Shown: piece after piece, positions 28,160 to 36,608 of the stretch
Layout: each line of letters starts with the position of its first letter
Position numbering within the stretch: position 1 is the first letter of the stretch
Source: Candidatus Omnitrophota bacterium
GTDB taxonomy: Bacteria; Omnitrophota; Gorgyraeia; JACQQV01
Assembly: GCA_016206785.1 (NCBI GenBank)
Contig: JACQQV010000021.1
Location: 63,509 to 127,508 of the forward strand
DNA length: 64,000 nt
Reading direction: 5' to 3'
The notes under the pieces: generated by a model
Seen by the model: only the letters and a program-made list of their open reading frames with translations
Told to the model about the DNA's origin: nothing
Databases searched by the model: none
Made by a program: the position numbers and the translations under genes

Positions 28160-29015
28160 GCCGTATCCTTAGAAAAAAGAGGGTTACACTCACCGCAATA
28201 AAGGTGTCGACGAGAAGCGTGGCCACGATCCCCACTCCCAAAAGCCAGACAATCGCTTCCGGCTGGAGGGTTCTTTGAACCAGAAAAGCGCTCCTTCCCT
28301 TCAAAAACCAGATCGGGCTATAACATAGCGCGGGAAAAAGGAGCAAAAGAAACACACGCCCAAAATGCCTCCCACCAAACACAATCCCTTCTCCGAGGGC
28401 GCGGAAGAATTTCTTGTTCTCAAGGACAAGGCAAGGAAAGATGAACAGGACAAGGGTTTGGATTGCGACGGCGATCAAGAAATTGAGGTAGCGAAAGCTC
28501 TTCGTGAGAAATTCAAGGGCTTTGCGTAGAAAACCCCTTCCGGCAAATTCAAACCCCGCCCTTAAAAAGGAGACCTCCCGCCCGCTCACAAAACCGAGCA
28601 GAAAAACGATGAACAGGGAGACGAGGATCAGAGCAAAGAGACGTTTTCTCACCTTCTTCCAGGCCGCTCCGAAGGTCAGGGGATGTCCTTCGGAGAGTGA
28701 GGCGGCCATTACGATCGTAACCGCAGTCAGGATCCCCCCAACGAAAATATAGATGAGAAGCTGGGCATACCCAAAAAGACTCGGCACAATAAAAAGGAAT
28801 GCCGGATAATGAAGACTGAATTCGCCAAAGAAACGCTTGATGGGAGGAAGAAAGAAGGTTTTTAAAGGAGGTTGAAGGCTAAAGCAGAGGATCTCAAGCC
28901 AGAGTGCTTCCAGAAACGCGACGATGGAAAGAGGTAAAAGGAGACGGGGTGTTTTTCGAATAAGATCATAGGCATCCAACCAGATATTTCCAAGTGTGTT
29001 CAATTTTTTAGACAT
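28143..29015 (-). CDS. Hypothetical integral membrane protein
   Basis: About 6 TM segments; overlaps the downstream gene; candidate promoter immediately upstream. Confidence 0.7.
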   Translation of the reverse strand: MSKKLNTLGNIWLDAYDLIRKTPRLLLPLSIVAFLEALWLEILCFSLQPPLKTFFLPPIKRFFGEFSLHYPAFLFIVPSLFGYAQLLIYIFVGGILTAVTIVMAASLSEGHPLTFGAAWKKVRKRLFALILVSLFIVFLLGFVSGREVSFLRAGFEFAGRGFLRKALEFLTKSFRYLNFLIAVAIQTLVLFIFPCLVLENKKFFRALGEGIVFGGRHFGRVFLLLLFPALCYSPIWFLKGRSAFLVQRTLQPEAIVWLLGVGIVATLLVDTFIAVSVTLFFLRIRHEKSA

Positions 29016-29022
29016 TGTTTAT

Positions 29023-29050
29023 AGTTTACCATCCCTAAAAGGTAAGTCAA
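29023..29050 (-). promoter_or_regulatory. Sigma70-type promoter, probably leaderless
   Basis: TTGACT, 16 nt, TAAACT with TG extension, 7 nt before ATG 29015. Confidence 0.5.
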
Positions 29051-29060
29051 GTAAAAATTT

Positions 29061-29096
29061 AAAAAATTACAGGGGTAGATTTCTCTACCCCTGTAA
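29061..29096 (-). terminator. Intrinsic terminator of the PEP-CTERM operon
   Basis: Perfect 13-bp stem TTACAGGGGTAGA/TCTACCCCTGTAA with 4-nt loop, followed by T6 on the minus strand. Confidence 0.85.
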
Positions 29097-29160
29097 CGTT
29101 ACACCGTCATTCCGAGGGAACCTATCTCATTTTACTACAACAAGTTAAGACTTGTATGAA

Positions 29161-30159
29161 TTACTTCTTAATCAGTCTTTTTCTCCCGAAGCCGGCCATC
29201 CCCAGAAGACCTGAACCTAACAGGAGCATGGATGAAGGTTCTGGAATAACGCCATCCGTTGTTGGGGGGGGAGGTGGTTCATTAATCCCCGCTCTCCCGA
29301 AAACGTGGAAAAGAGCCAGGAAGATGTTGTCATCATGAGAAGGGTTTATGGTTGTCACCGCGATAGTGGTATCCCCATCGGTAATTTGTGGCACGAGGTT
29401 GTACCGCTCATGATCCTCTGCATAGGTTGGGAGTAAAGGTGAGAAGGGATCATCAAAGCCGCCGACAGTAATCAATTGACCATTCGAAATAGAACCGATC
29501 CCATCATCATTGTTCCCGGCATTTTCTGTGATCGTAACGCCATTCACGGTGATCGTGGATCTCTGACCGCAACAGCTGAAGTTATCTCCGATGATCATTT
29601 CTGCAAAAAACCCTGCATCGGCCGGATGGAGCGGATCAGCAAAATTGATTGCCGTTGCATCCCCGCCAACTGCAGAAAAACCATCGAGGATTCCCACTGT
29701 CGCAACGGGGAGGGCCGGGTGAGAGTAAACGACGACCAGCGCCTCACCATCCTGACCTCCGAATCCCTCTGTCACCGTGAAGTTATAAATACCGCCCGGG
29801 CCTCCATCAATGATCGGTTTGACAATCCCGGTCACATCGGCACGGGCCGAGCCCAATCCACAACAGGCTGTTACATTGAATACACTCGGACCGAACGCAA
29901 CAGCATTTCCGTCTAATGTTGCGGTAGGAGCTGCCAGGCTGCCGAAAAATCCGGTGTAGAGATACGCGTTCAACACCGTTGCCCCCACGGGCACACTTGC
30001 GGAAATCGTGCCTGTCTGTCCTGTACTTCCGAAACCATCCGAGGAGTAGCCGACATTTCCCACAAACGTAACGAACTCTGTCAAGCTGGCATGCGCTACT
30101 CCCGCGACGCCAAGGGTGAGAAATGCCACCCCGATGACTGCCACGAACACCTTTTTCAC
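29161..30159 (-). CDS. PEP-CTERM sorting domain protein
   Basis: Signal peptide (..GVAHA), Pro-rich linker, VIPEPSSMLLLGSGLLGMAGFGRKRLIKK; GTG 30159 likely start (ORF track gives 30189). Confidence 0.92.
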   Translation of the reverse strand: MKKVFVAVIGVAFLTLGVAGVAHASLTEFVTFVGNVGYSSDGFGSTGQTGTISASVPVGATVLNAYLYTGFFGSLAAPTATLDGNAVAFGPSVFNVTACCGLGSARADVTGIVKPIIDGGPGGIYNFTVTEGFGGQDGEALVVVYSHPALPVATVGILDGFSAVGGDATAINFADPLHPADAGFFAEMIIGDNFSCCGQRSTITVNGVTITENAGNNDDGIGSISNGQLITVGGFDDPFSPLLPTYAEDHERYNLVPQITDGDTTIAVTTINPSHDDNIFLALFHVFGRAGINEPPPPPTTDGVIPEPSSMLLLGSGLLGMAGFGRKRLIKK

Positions 30160-30210
30160 GATAGGCCCCCTTCCCTGTTCATGGTTCATGGTGTGTGTTG
30201 CAAAAAGACC

Positions 30211-30537
30211 TTACGAGGTCTTCTTTCTAAACAACCTTCGAAGCCTTGAGCGACCGAGAGCACTACTGAGAAGTCCGGTGCCGAACAAAAGAAGGGAGCC
30301 AGGTTCTGGAGTATGGGCAAGGGTCGATGTTTCATTCCCATCACTCCCCCCATTTTCTGAAGAGACAAGCGTCACGACCCCGCTACTACTTCCGTAATAC
30401 TCTCCACCTGAACTCCCTGTTCCACTCAGTGCTCCTAAAAGACTGCTGAACGCCCCTCCCCCGCCTCCCTCCTCACAACCTGAAAGGAGGATAAGGAGAA
30501 GGGGTAAAAGGAGGAGAATAGATTTATCTCTGAACAA
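30211..30537 (-). CDS. Small lipoprotein with PEP-CTERM sorting signal
   Basis: Lipobox LSGC (Cys21); TPEPGSLLLFGTGLL...RSRLRR C-terminus. Confidence 0.8.
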   Translation of the reverse strand: MFRDKSILLLLPLLLILLSGCEEGGGGGAFSSLLGALSGTGSSGGEYYGSSSGVVTLVSSENGGSDGNETSTLAHTPEPGSLLLFGTGLLSSALGRSRLRRLFRKKTS

Positions 30538-30579
30538 TCAAAATCACTTCCTTAATACAATACCCAGATTCGCCGAGAC

Positions 30580-31221
30580 TTAGGCGGCGTTCCTTTTCCT
30601 TCTTGCAAACCCCAATGCGCCGAGAAGCCCTGACCCGAAGAGGATCATGCTGGTCGGTTCCGGAATGGTGGTATGGAATCCGGCATCCGGAATCCGGTCA
30701 TCGGGTGGTGCGCCTGCGTTATCCAGAAGGCTAAAGGTATTGAACCCTCCGAGCGGAAAGCTGGCAAACATCCCTGATGGGATACCATATTCCACCGCGG
30801 ATCCCAAGACGGCCGAGGGCGCGCCTCCGACAGGAGTTCCACTTCCATCGAAGACGGTAAAGCCTGAGGCACGGAAGTCAAAGATCCTGTCGGCCAGGTC
30901 TGTGAAATCACCGTCCGCGTTGGTATCGAGTCCTGTGGTGTAGAAAACAGGGTCGATCGGCGGAAGGATATCGAGCGACGTGAAGGTCGGCACCCCATAG
31001 AGTTCGATGAGGACATAAAGTGCCCCCGCGTCACTCTGCATCGCAACCCGCGAGATGTCATAGGCATCCGGGATCGCTCCCTCATTCGGGTCAAACCCGT
31101 TGATCAAAAGTCCTGCCACCCATTCGCCGGCGGAATTAATCCCGTCGACGACGACGGCAGAGGCATCACTGGTAAATAAAAGAAGTGATGCCATCACTAC
31201 TGCTAACGTTACCTTTTTCAT
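30580..31221 (-). CDS. PEP-CTERM sorting domain protein
   Basis: Signal peptide (..DASA), IPEPTSMILFGSGLLGALGFARRKR. Confidence 0.92.
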   Translation of the reverse strand: MKKVTLAVVMASLLLFTSDASAVVVDGINSAGEWVAGLLINGFDPNEGAIPDAYDISRVAMQSDAGALYVLIELYGVPTFTSLDILPPIDPVFYTTGLDTNADGDFTDLADRIFDFRASGFTVFDGSGTPVGGAPSAVLGSAVEYGIPSGMFASFPLGGFNTFSLLDNAGAPPDDRIPDAGFHTTIPEPTSMILFGSGLLGALGFARRKRNAA

Positions 31222-32024
31222 TCTATTTCCTCCTTTTTAAACAACGTTTTCTTCTTACGCTTTAATAATCCTAAAAGACCCACACCTAAGAGCCCAAAAG
31301 AACTCGGCTCGGGGATGACATGGAGACATCCTCCAAGTTGCGGGCAGATCGCCCATTCCTCAAACCCATCATTGGAGGCGAAGTTGGTGCCGAGTTGGGA
31401 ATAGAGATAAACAAAATCCGAGTCCGCGGCTGTTGTAAAGAGACTCTCCGGAATGTAGGCGAACATATCCCCCTTGCCGCTGCCAGGATTTAGGATGTAA
31501 TTCAACTTCACATAACTATCTCCCGCAGCATCGAGATCATAGATAGGAACGCCGAGAGAAGCAAGATTGGAGGTGATGCTACCGCTATTTTTAATGAAGA
31601 TTTGCAGTTCGTCCAACGAGAGGAAAGCATCCGGCGCGGTTTGGTTAATGTCTAACAAAAACTCGCGGTAATCGACACCATTAATCGTAACGACGGGTAC
31701 ACTCCCTAAGGTAATGGAATGAGTAAAGACTGGACTTGTGTTCACATCGGGCCAAAGAGGGAGCGGGCGACCATCTGTGTTATATCCCTCTTCGGTCCCA
31801 TTATGTTGAATGCGAACAAATGAATCAATGATGCCGGTCCCTGTTGCATGGCGGTTAAGGTCAGTCTGCAGGAAGAAAGCCCCATTAACGAAACCTGAGG
31901 AGGCCGCGGTTGTGAGGTCCAGGACGACCGCCTGCGCTTCGGAAACGCTACCCATAATGCCGATGCCTACCATCATGAGAAGAGCGCTACAAAAGAATAC
32001 GAACCGCTTCATTCTCACCCCCAT
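31218..32024 (-). CDS. PEP-CTERM sorting domain protein
   Basis: Signal peptide (..EAQA), VIPEPSSFGLLGVGLLGLLKRKKK. Confidence 0.92.
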   Translation of the reverse strand: MGVRMKRFVFFCSALLMMVGIGIMGSVSEAQAVVLDLTTAASSGFVNGAFFLQTDLNRHATGTGIIDSFVRIQHNGTEEGYNTDGRPLPLWPDVNTSPVFTHSITLGSVPVVTINGVDYREFLLDINQTAPDAFLSLDELQIFIKNSGSITSNLASLGVPIYDLDAAGDSYVKLNYILNPGSGKGDMFAYIPESLFTTAADSDFVYLYSQLGTNFASNDGFEEWAICPQLGGCLHVIPEPSSFGLLGVGLLGLLKRKKKTLFKKEEIE

Positions 32025-32824
32025 TACCTCGCCCCTTTACCGGTTAAGACCACAACAAACGTGTTTACCAGAATCCGAAGATCGACCAAAAGACACATCT
32101 TGCGAATATAGAGAAGATCGTATTTTACTTTCTTCCGGACATCCTGAACCGTCTCGTCGTATTTGTGCCAGACCTGTGCAAGTCCCGTAATCCCCGGTTT
32201 GACCTTCAGTCTTCTCTCGTAATCCGGAATCGCTTCCCGAAGCTGATTCACAAATTCAGGCCGCTCCGGTCTTGGACCGATAAAGCTCATCTCCCCGCGG
32301 AGCACGTTCCAGAGTTGCGGAATCTCATCGAGGTGCATCTTCCGGATCCATTTCCCACCGGCAATGAGACGGGGGTCATTCTCTTTGGCCCAGACCGCCC
32401 CGGTCTCTTTTTCGGCATCCACACGCATGGTACGTAACTTATAAATGGTAAAGAGGACTCCCTCTTTTCCGACCCGCGCTTGTTTAAAGAAAATAGGACC
32501 TGGTGAAACGATCTTGATGAAGAGCCCAACAAGGATTAAAAGCGGAAGGGCCGAGAGGAGTCCGAGGAAAGATACGGTGCAGTCGAAAATTCTTTTAAAC
32601 TCCTGAAAACGGCGGCGGGCAAAACGGACGATCGCCCCCACTACGCCACCACCCCCCAATAAGATCGCACTGCTCGGTTCAGGAAGAACCGCGTGATTAT
32701 TCGCAAGGTCGCTGGCCGAAGAAGAACCGACGTAGAGAAACGAAGCCAACCCGATGAGGGCGAAAATGAATACTCCCACGACCAGTGCAATCCGGATTTT
32801 CCCTTTGAGACTTTTATGCGACAT
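32024..32824 (-). CDS. Priming phosphoglycosyl transferase (Bac_transf) with internal PEP-CTERM motif
   Basis: KRIFD, YKLRTM, DPR, LDEIPQL.NVL.GEMS.IGPRP, PGITGLAQV. Start set at ATG 32824 because the sigma54 promoter lies inside the longer ORF. Confidence 0.92.
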   Translation of the reverse strand: MSHKSLKGKIRIALVVGVFIFALIGLASFLYVGSSSASDLANNHAVLPEPSSAILLGGGGVVGAIVRFARRRFQEFKRIFDCTVSFLGLLSALPLLILVGLFIKIVSPGPIFFKQARVGKEGVLFTIYKLRTMRVDAEKETGAVWAKENDPRLIAGGKWIRKMHLDEIPQLWNVLRGEMSFIGPRPERPEFVNQLREAIPDYERRLKVKPGITGLAQVWHKYDETVQDVRKKVKYDLLYIRKMCLLVDLRILVNTFVVVLTGKGAR

Positions 32825-32893
32825 GAAACTTCTTTCTTTGTTCAGAGTTGAACCAAACAGGGCATAAAAATAGCGTGACATACTGTTATAAGA

Positions 32894-32910
32894 AGCATGT
32901 TTCGTGCCAA
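32894..32910 (-). promoter_or_regulatory. Sigma54 (-24/-12) promoter
   Basis: Minus strand TTGGCACGAAACATGCT against consensus TGGCACG-N4-TTGCW, with correct GG-N10-GC spacing. Confidence 0.8.
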
Positions 32911-33118
32911 CTCCCTTTCTTCTCAAAAAAATTTCTCTGTTTTCATAATTTTTAACTCTTTTATCTACAATAAGTTACGAGATTATTTTTGGCCGTTTTT
33001 AGGACTGTCTAGGATATACGTGGACATACTTAGACAATCCATTCTTTTTTTGTTGATCAAACTCGACATCGTGTTGACGGTTCGTGTTGGAGGTTAACCA
33101 GTTAGCGGGTTGGCGAGT

Positions 33119-33742
33119 TCAGGCGTGGGGTTCTTGGGTTAAGATCGGGAGAAGTTCTCCGATAAACCGTTTTGCTGTTATGAGGGATTCCTCTTCACTC
33201 TTTGAAATCGGAACGATGATCCGGACCATAGCCCCTCCCAATCCCTTACCGGTCGCTTGCTTCATGACCCACCGGATCTGCTGAGTGAAGTAATCATTGG
33301 TGAATTCCTTGCCCAACATGTACCAATAGAGAACGACGTTTTGGCTCTTTCCCTCTCCGGCAAGGAGTCGGTTTACCGTTAGGGTTTGACCGGGAAAGGA
33401 AAGACTCTCCTTCGTCGTCTTTGTGACAGAAACCCCGCTTCCAATCAGACAGACGACCGGAGGATGGCAGACACGGCGGTTGGTTTCGGAATAGATCACA
33501 AACAGATCAACGGATTCACCCTTTTTGTTTCGATACTGCCGCAGGGCCAAATTCCTTGTTTCAAGAATCTCGTAATCATGGTCGGAGACGGCGACGTCAC
33601 TTGCTTTCCATTCACCGATCTCCATCGGAATTTCGCGGATGTCCCGAATATCCTTCTCCACCCTCTGCATCTGGTAAAAGTGGAAGGAAATGGCACCGAC
33701 GATGACGAAAAGGAAACTGCTGACAACCCAATGCTTCTTCAT
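33119..33742 (-). CDS. epsI: EpsI family exosortase-associated protein
   Basis: P..IG.W, R.Y, HPP.VCL.GSG, VLYWY, GAMVRI; coupled to the exosortase. Confidence 0.88.
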   Translation of the reverse strand: MKKHWVVSSFLFVIVGAISFHFYQMQRVEKDIRDIREIPMEIGEWKASDVAVSDHDYEILETRNLALRQYRNKKGESVDLFVIYSETNRRVCHPPVVCLIGSGVSVTKTTKESLSFPGQTLTVNRLLAGEGKSQNVVLYWYMLGKEFTNDYFTQQIRWVMKQATGKGLGGAMVRIIVPISKSEEESLITAKRFIGELLPILTQEPHA

Positions 33743-34545
33743 CGGAGAATCCTTCCGACGGTGGAGAGGCCACCCAGTGCGAGTCCGAACACGACGAATC
33801 CGGAGAAATCATGAAAGAATTTGAGGGCCGCTTCAACGCCGTAGATATCGGCGATACCTGCAAGAAGGATGATGCGGACGATATTGGCAATCATGGCGAT
33901 CGGAATGGAAGAAAGGAAAAAGAGCGTTTTCCTCGGAAAAGAGGCCTGTTTGAGATACGCAAAAAGGACGCCGAGTGTCAGAAGCGACAAAAGCGACCGA
34001 AGGCCGCTACAGGGATCTTCCACCGCAACCACCGCATTTTTCATGTAGATCAGATGACCTTTTTGAAGAGCGGGAAACCCGATCGCATGAAGTACATGGG
34101 TCGCACACATCGCTGCGAAAAGTTTAAGACGCACCGTCGCCGTTCCAACGACCACGAGGGGAAACGGAACCATGAAAAGGAGAAAGATTATCGGAAAGGC
34201 CGCCGCCCGAAGCATCTTTTTCCCCCAGAGAAAAAGCACGAGTCCCGTGACGGTTAAGAGGATGGAGAAGGCCGAAGTGAAATAGACCTTGATCAAAGCA
34301 CTCACCAGATGGACCAAGAGTCCTGTGATCAGCAGAGGAAGGCCCCATCGGGAGGGCGAAGGAACGATAGTGGCGATCTCCTTCCGTTTACGCCAAACCA
34401 GATAAAGACTCACAAAGGGAATCAAGAATCCATGGCCGAAATAGGAATCTTTCGCGCTCCAACGGTCCACCATCCAGACAATCGTCGGGAAATAAGCGAA
34501 GGTGAGCAGAAGACTCATGACACCGAGTGAAATCCACTTTTTCAT
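33739..34545 (-). CDS. Exosortase (EpsH family)
   Basis: Y.HG.LIP, catalytic CSGLRS, N.VRI and FHDFSG; 8 TM segments; start moved to ATG 34545. Confidence 0.95.
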   Translation of the reverse strand: MKKWISLGVMSLLLTFAYFPTIVWMVDRWSAKDSYFGHGFLIPFVSLYLVWRKRKEIATIVPSPSRWGLPLLITGLLVHLVSALIKVYFTSAFSILLTVTGLVLFLWGKKMLRAAAFPIIFLLFMVPFPLVVVGTATVRLKLFAAMCATHVLHAIGFPALQKGHLIYMKNAVVAVEDPCSGLRSLLSLLTLGVLFAYLKQASFPRKTLFFLSSIPIAMIANIVRIILLAGIADIYGVEAALKFFHDFSGFVVFGLALGGLSTVGRILR

Positions 34546-34565
34546 AGGGCTGTCTTCCCGAAAAA

Positions 34566-34695
34566 TTCCAATAACCAAATCACAATGACCAAATAAGCTC
34601 CAATACCCAAATTCCAAACACCAAACCGAGGTTTAATTATTGGTGATTGGTTCTTGGTGATTATTTGGAACTTGGAATTTGGTGCTTGGTGATTG
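34566..34695. repeat. Inverted pair of heptamer (NNCCAAW) tandem arrays
   Basis: Left arm ttccaat aaccaaa tcacaat gaccaaa...; right arm attggtg attggtt cttggtg...cttggaa tttggtg cttggtg. Confidence 0.8.
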
Positions 34696-34702
34696 TTTCT
34701 CA

Positions 34703-35824
34703 TCATTGTGTTTTCCAAGTCACCTGCTGCTGTCGTGAAAGATAGCGATAAAGACCGACGAGGGCAGAGACATTTAAAAGACAGAAGACATACGGTTGAG
34801 AAAAAAGACGCCGTGCCTTTTGCGGTGCAACCGCTCCGAGAGTCGCACAGCCGTAAAAAGCGATCTGCAACATGAAAAAAATCCGGTAGAGGGGCTCATG
34901 GAGCAGGAAAAAATCGGATAAAAAGAGCGCGATCAAAAAGAAAGGCGCAAGAACCCTTAAGAGTTTGTGGGATATGAATTGAAGGGCGACGCGACTTCGG
35001 AAGGGATTGAGCATGGAAGAGAACTGCACAAAACTTTGATAATTCCCCGCCAGGGTTCTCACCTTCCGTTCATATTCCTGTCGTGGTGTGGAAGAGACAT
35101 CATCATACACCCATGCCCTTCCTTCAAAGAGGGTGCGGTATCCCTGAGAAACCACTTTCATCGGAAGATAAAGGTCGTCCAAGATCGTCTCTTCCGGCAT
35201 GGGATGATACAAAAGGCGGCGGATGGCATAGAGCGCTCCTGTGGCTCCGATCACAGAGCCCGCCTGACTCTCATGACCTCGGATGAATTTCTCATAGTTC
35301 CAATAGAATCCGAGTCCCTTCGCGACCGAGCCATTTGTTCCTTCAAGCACGAGTTCCCCACTGACACATCCCACCGCCGGGTCGCTGAAATTTCGAACCA
35401 AATGACGAATCGCCTGCCGATCGATCTTCTGTCGGGCGTCCGTAAAAACCAGAATCTCGCCTCTCGCCTGCTCAGCCAAGCCATTGAGCATCCGGGGTTT
35501 CCCCCCCCTTTCATTCAAAACGACAAGGCCAACCCTTTCCCCTTCGTACTGTGCCAAAATGCTTGCAGTATTGTCTGTGGAACCGTCGGAACCGACGAAG
35601 ATCTCAAGTTTATCCTCCGGATAGTCGAGGGAAAGAAGATTTTCCATTTTCTTGGCGATCACCTTCTCCTCATTAAAAGCAGAAAGAAGGACAGAGACAG
35701 AGGGTAAATGTTCTGAGGCCCGGACAGGACAAGGAAAGTACTTTGCCCAAATCCATAAAAGAAGCGGGTATCCTAAGTAAATATAAAAAAGTATCGTCGC
35801 TGAAACCCAGAAAAGAAAGGTCAT
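34703..35824 (-). CDS. GT2 glycosyltransferase (CESA-like)
   Basis: SDGSTD, FTDA, GA.GALYA.R, LDD, RKVR; flanking TM segments. Confidence 0.92.
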   Translation of the reverse strand: MTFLFWVSATILFYIYLGYPLLLWIWAKYFPCPVRASEHLPSVSVLLSAFNEEKVIAKKMENLLSLDYPEDKLEIFVGSDGSTDNTASILAQYEGERVGLVVLNERGGKPRMLNGLAEQARGEILVFTDARQKIDRQAIRHLVRNFSDPAVGCVSGELVLEGTNGSVAKGLGFYWNYEKFIRGHESQAGSVIGATGALYAIRRLLYHPMPEETILDDLYLPMKVVSQGYRTLFEGRAWVYDDVSSTPRQEYERKVRTLAGNYQSFVQFSSMLNPFRSRVALQFISHKLLRVLAPFFLIALFLSDFFLLHEPLYRIFFMLQIAFYGCATLGAVAPQKARRLFSQPYVFCLLNVSALVGLYRYLSRQQQVTWKTQ

Positions 35825-35825
35825 G

Positions 35826-36608
35826 CTATTTCTCCTTTACTGCCTTCCCTCGGACTCTTTCATAGAGGGTGTGGCCCAAGAGCCGATAGGCCGATTGCTT
35901 GACCAGATACTCAAAAACGAGATGACCCTTTGTACGCCCCTCTACGATAGAAATAAAATCATCAAGCGTGTAGGGCCGTTTGATGGTCCACCGCTTAAGA
36001 CGGAACGGATCTGCGTCTTGGCGATTCACGCCGATGTCGGAGGTGCAGGCGGCCCGATAGCCGACTCCTTTGACCGCTTCTAAGACGCGGTGGTTGTAAC
36101 GGCCGCGCGGGATTGAGAAAAAAGGAACCTCTTTTTTAAGAATCTCTTCCAGTCTCTTCTTGGATCGGGTCAGTTGATCATGAAGTTTTTGATCGTCGAG
36201 CCGCGTCAAGAAAATGTGGTCGAACCCATGGGAGCCAACTTCCATCCCTTCTCCATTCAACCGTCTAAGTTCATCCGTGGTTAGATGATCTTCGGTATTC
36301 AATGTCCCGGGATTCACGAAGAAGGTTGTAGTAAAGCCGTGACGTTTCAAAATCGGAAATGCAATGGAAAAGTCGCTTGAGAGGCCATCGTCAAAAGTGA
36401 TCACGATCGGTTTCTCAGGAAGCGGTTTGCCGGTGAGCCAGTTTACCAGTTCTCTTAAAGAGATGGAATGAAAGTTCCCCCTTGCAAGATAGGCCATCTG
36501 TGCCTCAAACTGCGCCTGGGTGAGTGTGTACAATCCATTCCCGGCGCTGTTTTCTTCCACCAAGCCATGATACGTCAAGATTGGAACTGACGGTGCGTTG
36601 CGTTTCAT
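35826..36608 (-). CDS. Polysaccharide deacetylase (NodB/CE4)
   Basis: ILTYH, ITFDDG, GSHG..H; ATG 36608 overlaps the upstream TGA. Confidence 0.9.
   Translation of the reverse strand: MKRNAPSVPILTYHGLVEENSAGNGLYTLTQAQFEAQMAYLARGNFHSISLRELVNWLTGKPLPEKPIVITFDDGLSSDFSIAFPILKRHGFTTTFFVNPGTLNTEDHLTTDELRRLNGEGMEVGSHGFDHIFLTRLDDQKLHDQLTRSKKRLEEILKKEVPFFSIPRGRYNHRVLEAVKGVGYRAACTSDIGVNRQDADPFRLKRWTIKRPYTLDDFISIVEGRTKGHLVFEYLVKQSAYRLLGHTLYERVRGKAVKEK

Noticed and set aside
32825-32926. N-terminal extension of the sugar transferase (MRRKGVGTKH...)
   Set aside because: It overlaps the sigma54 promoter, so it lies upstream of or across the predicted TSS.
34546-34617. N-terminal extension of the exosortase (MEFGYWSLFGHCDLVIG)
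   Set aside because: It is a translation of the heptamer repeat arm; ATG 34545 gives a normal start.
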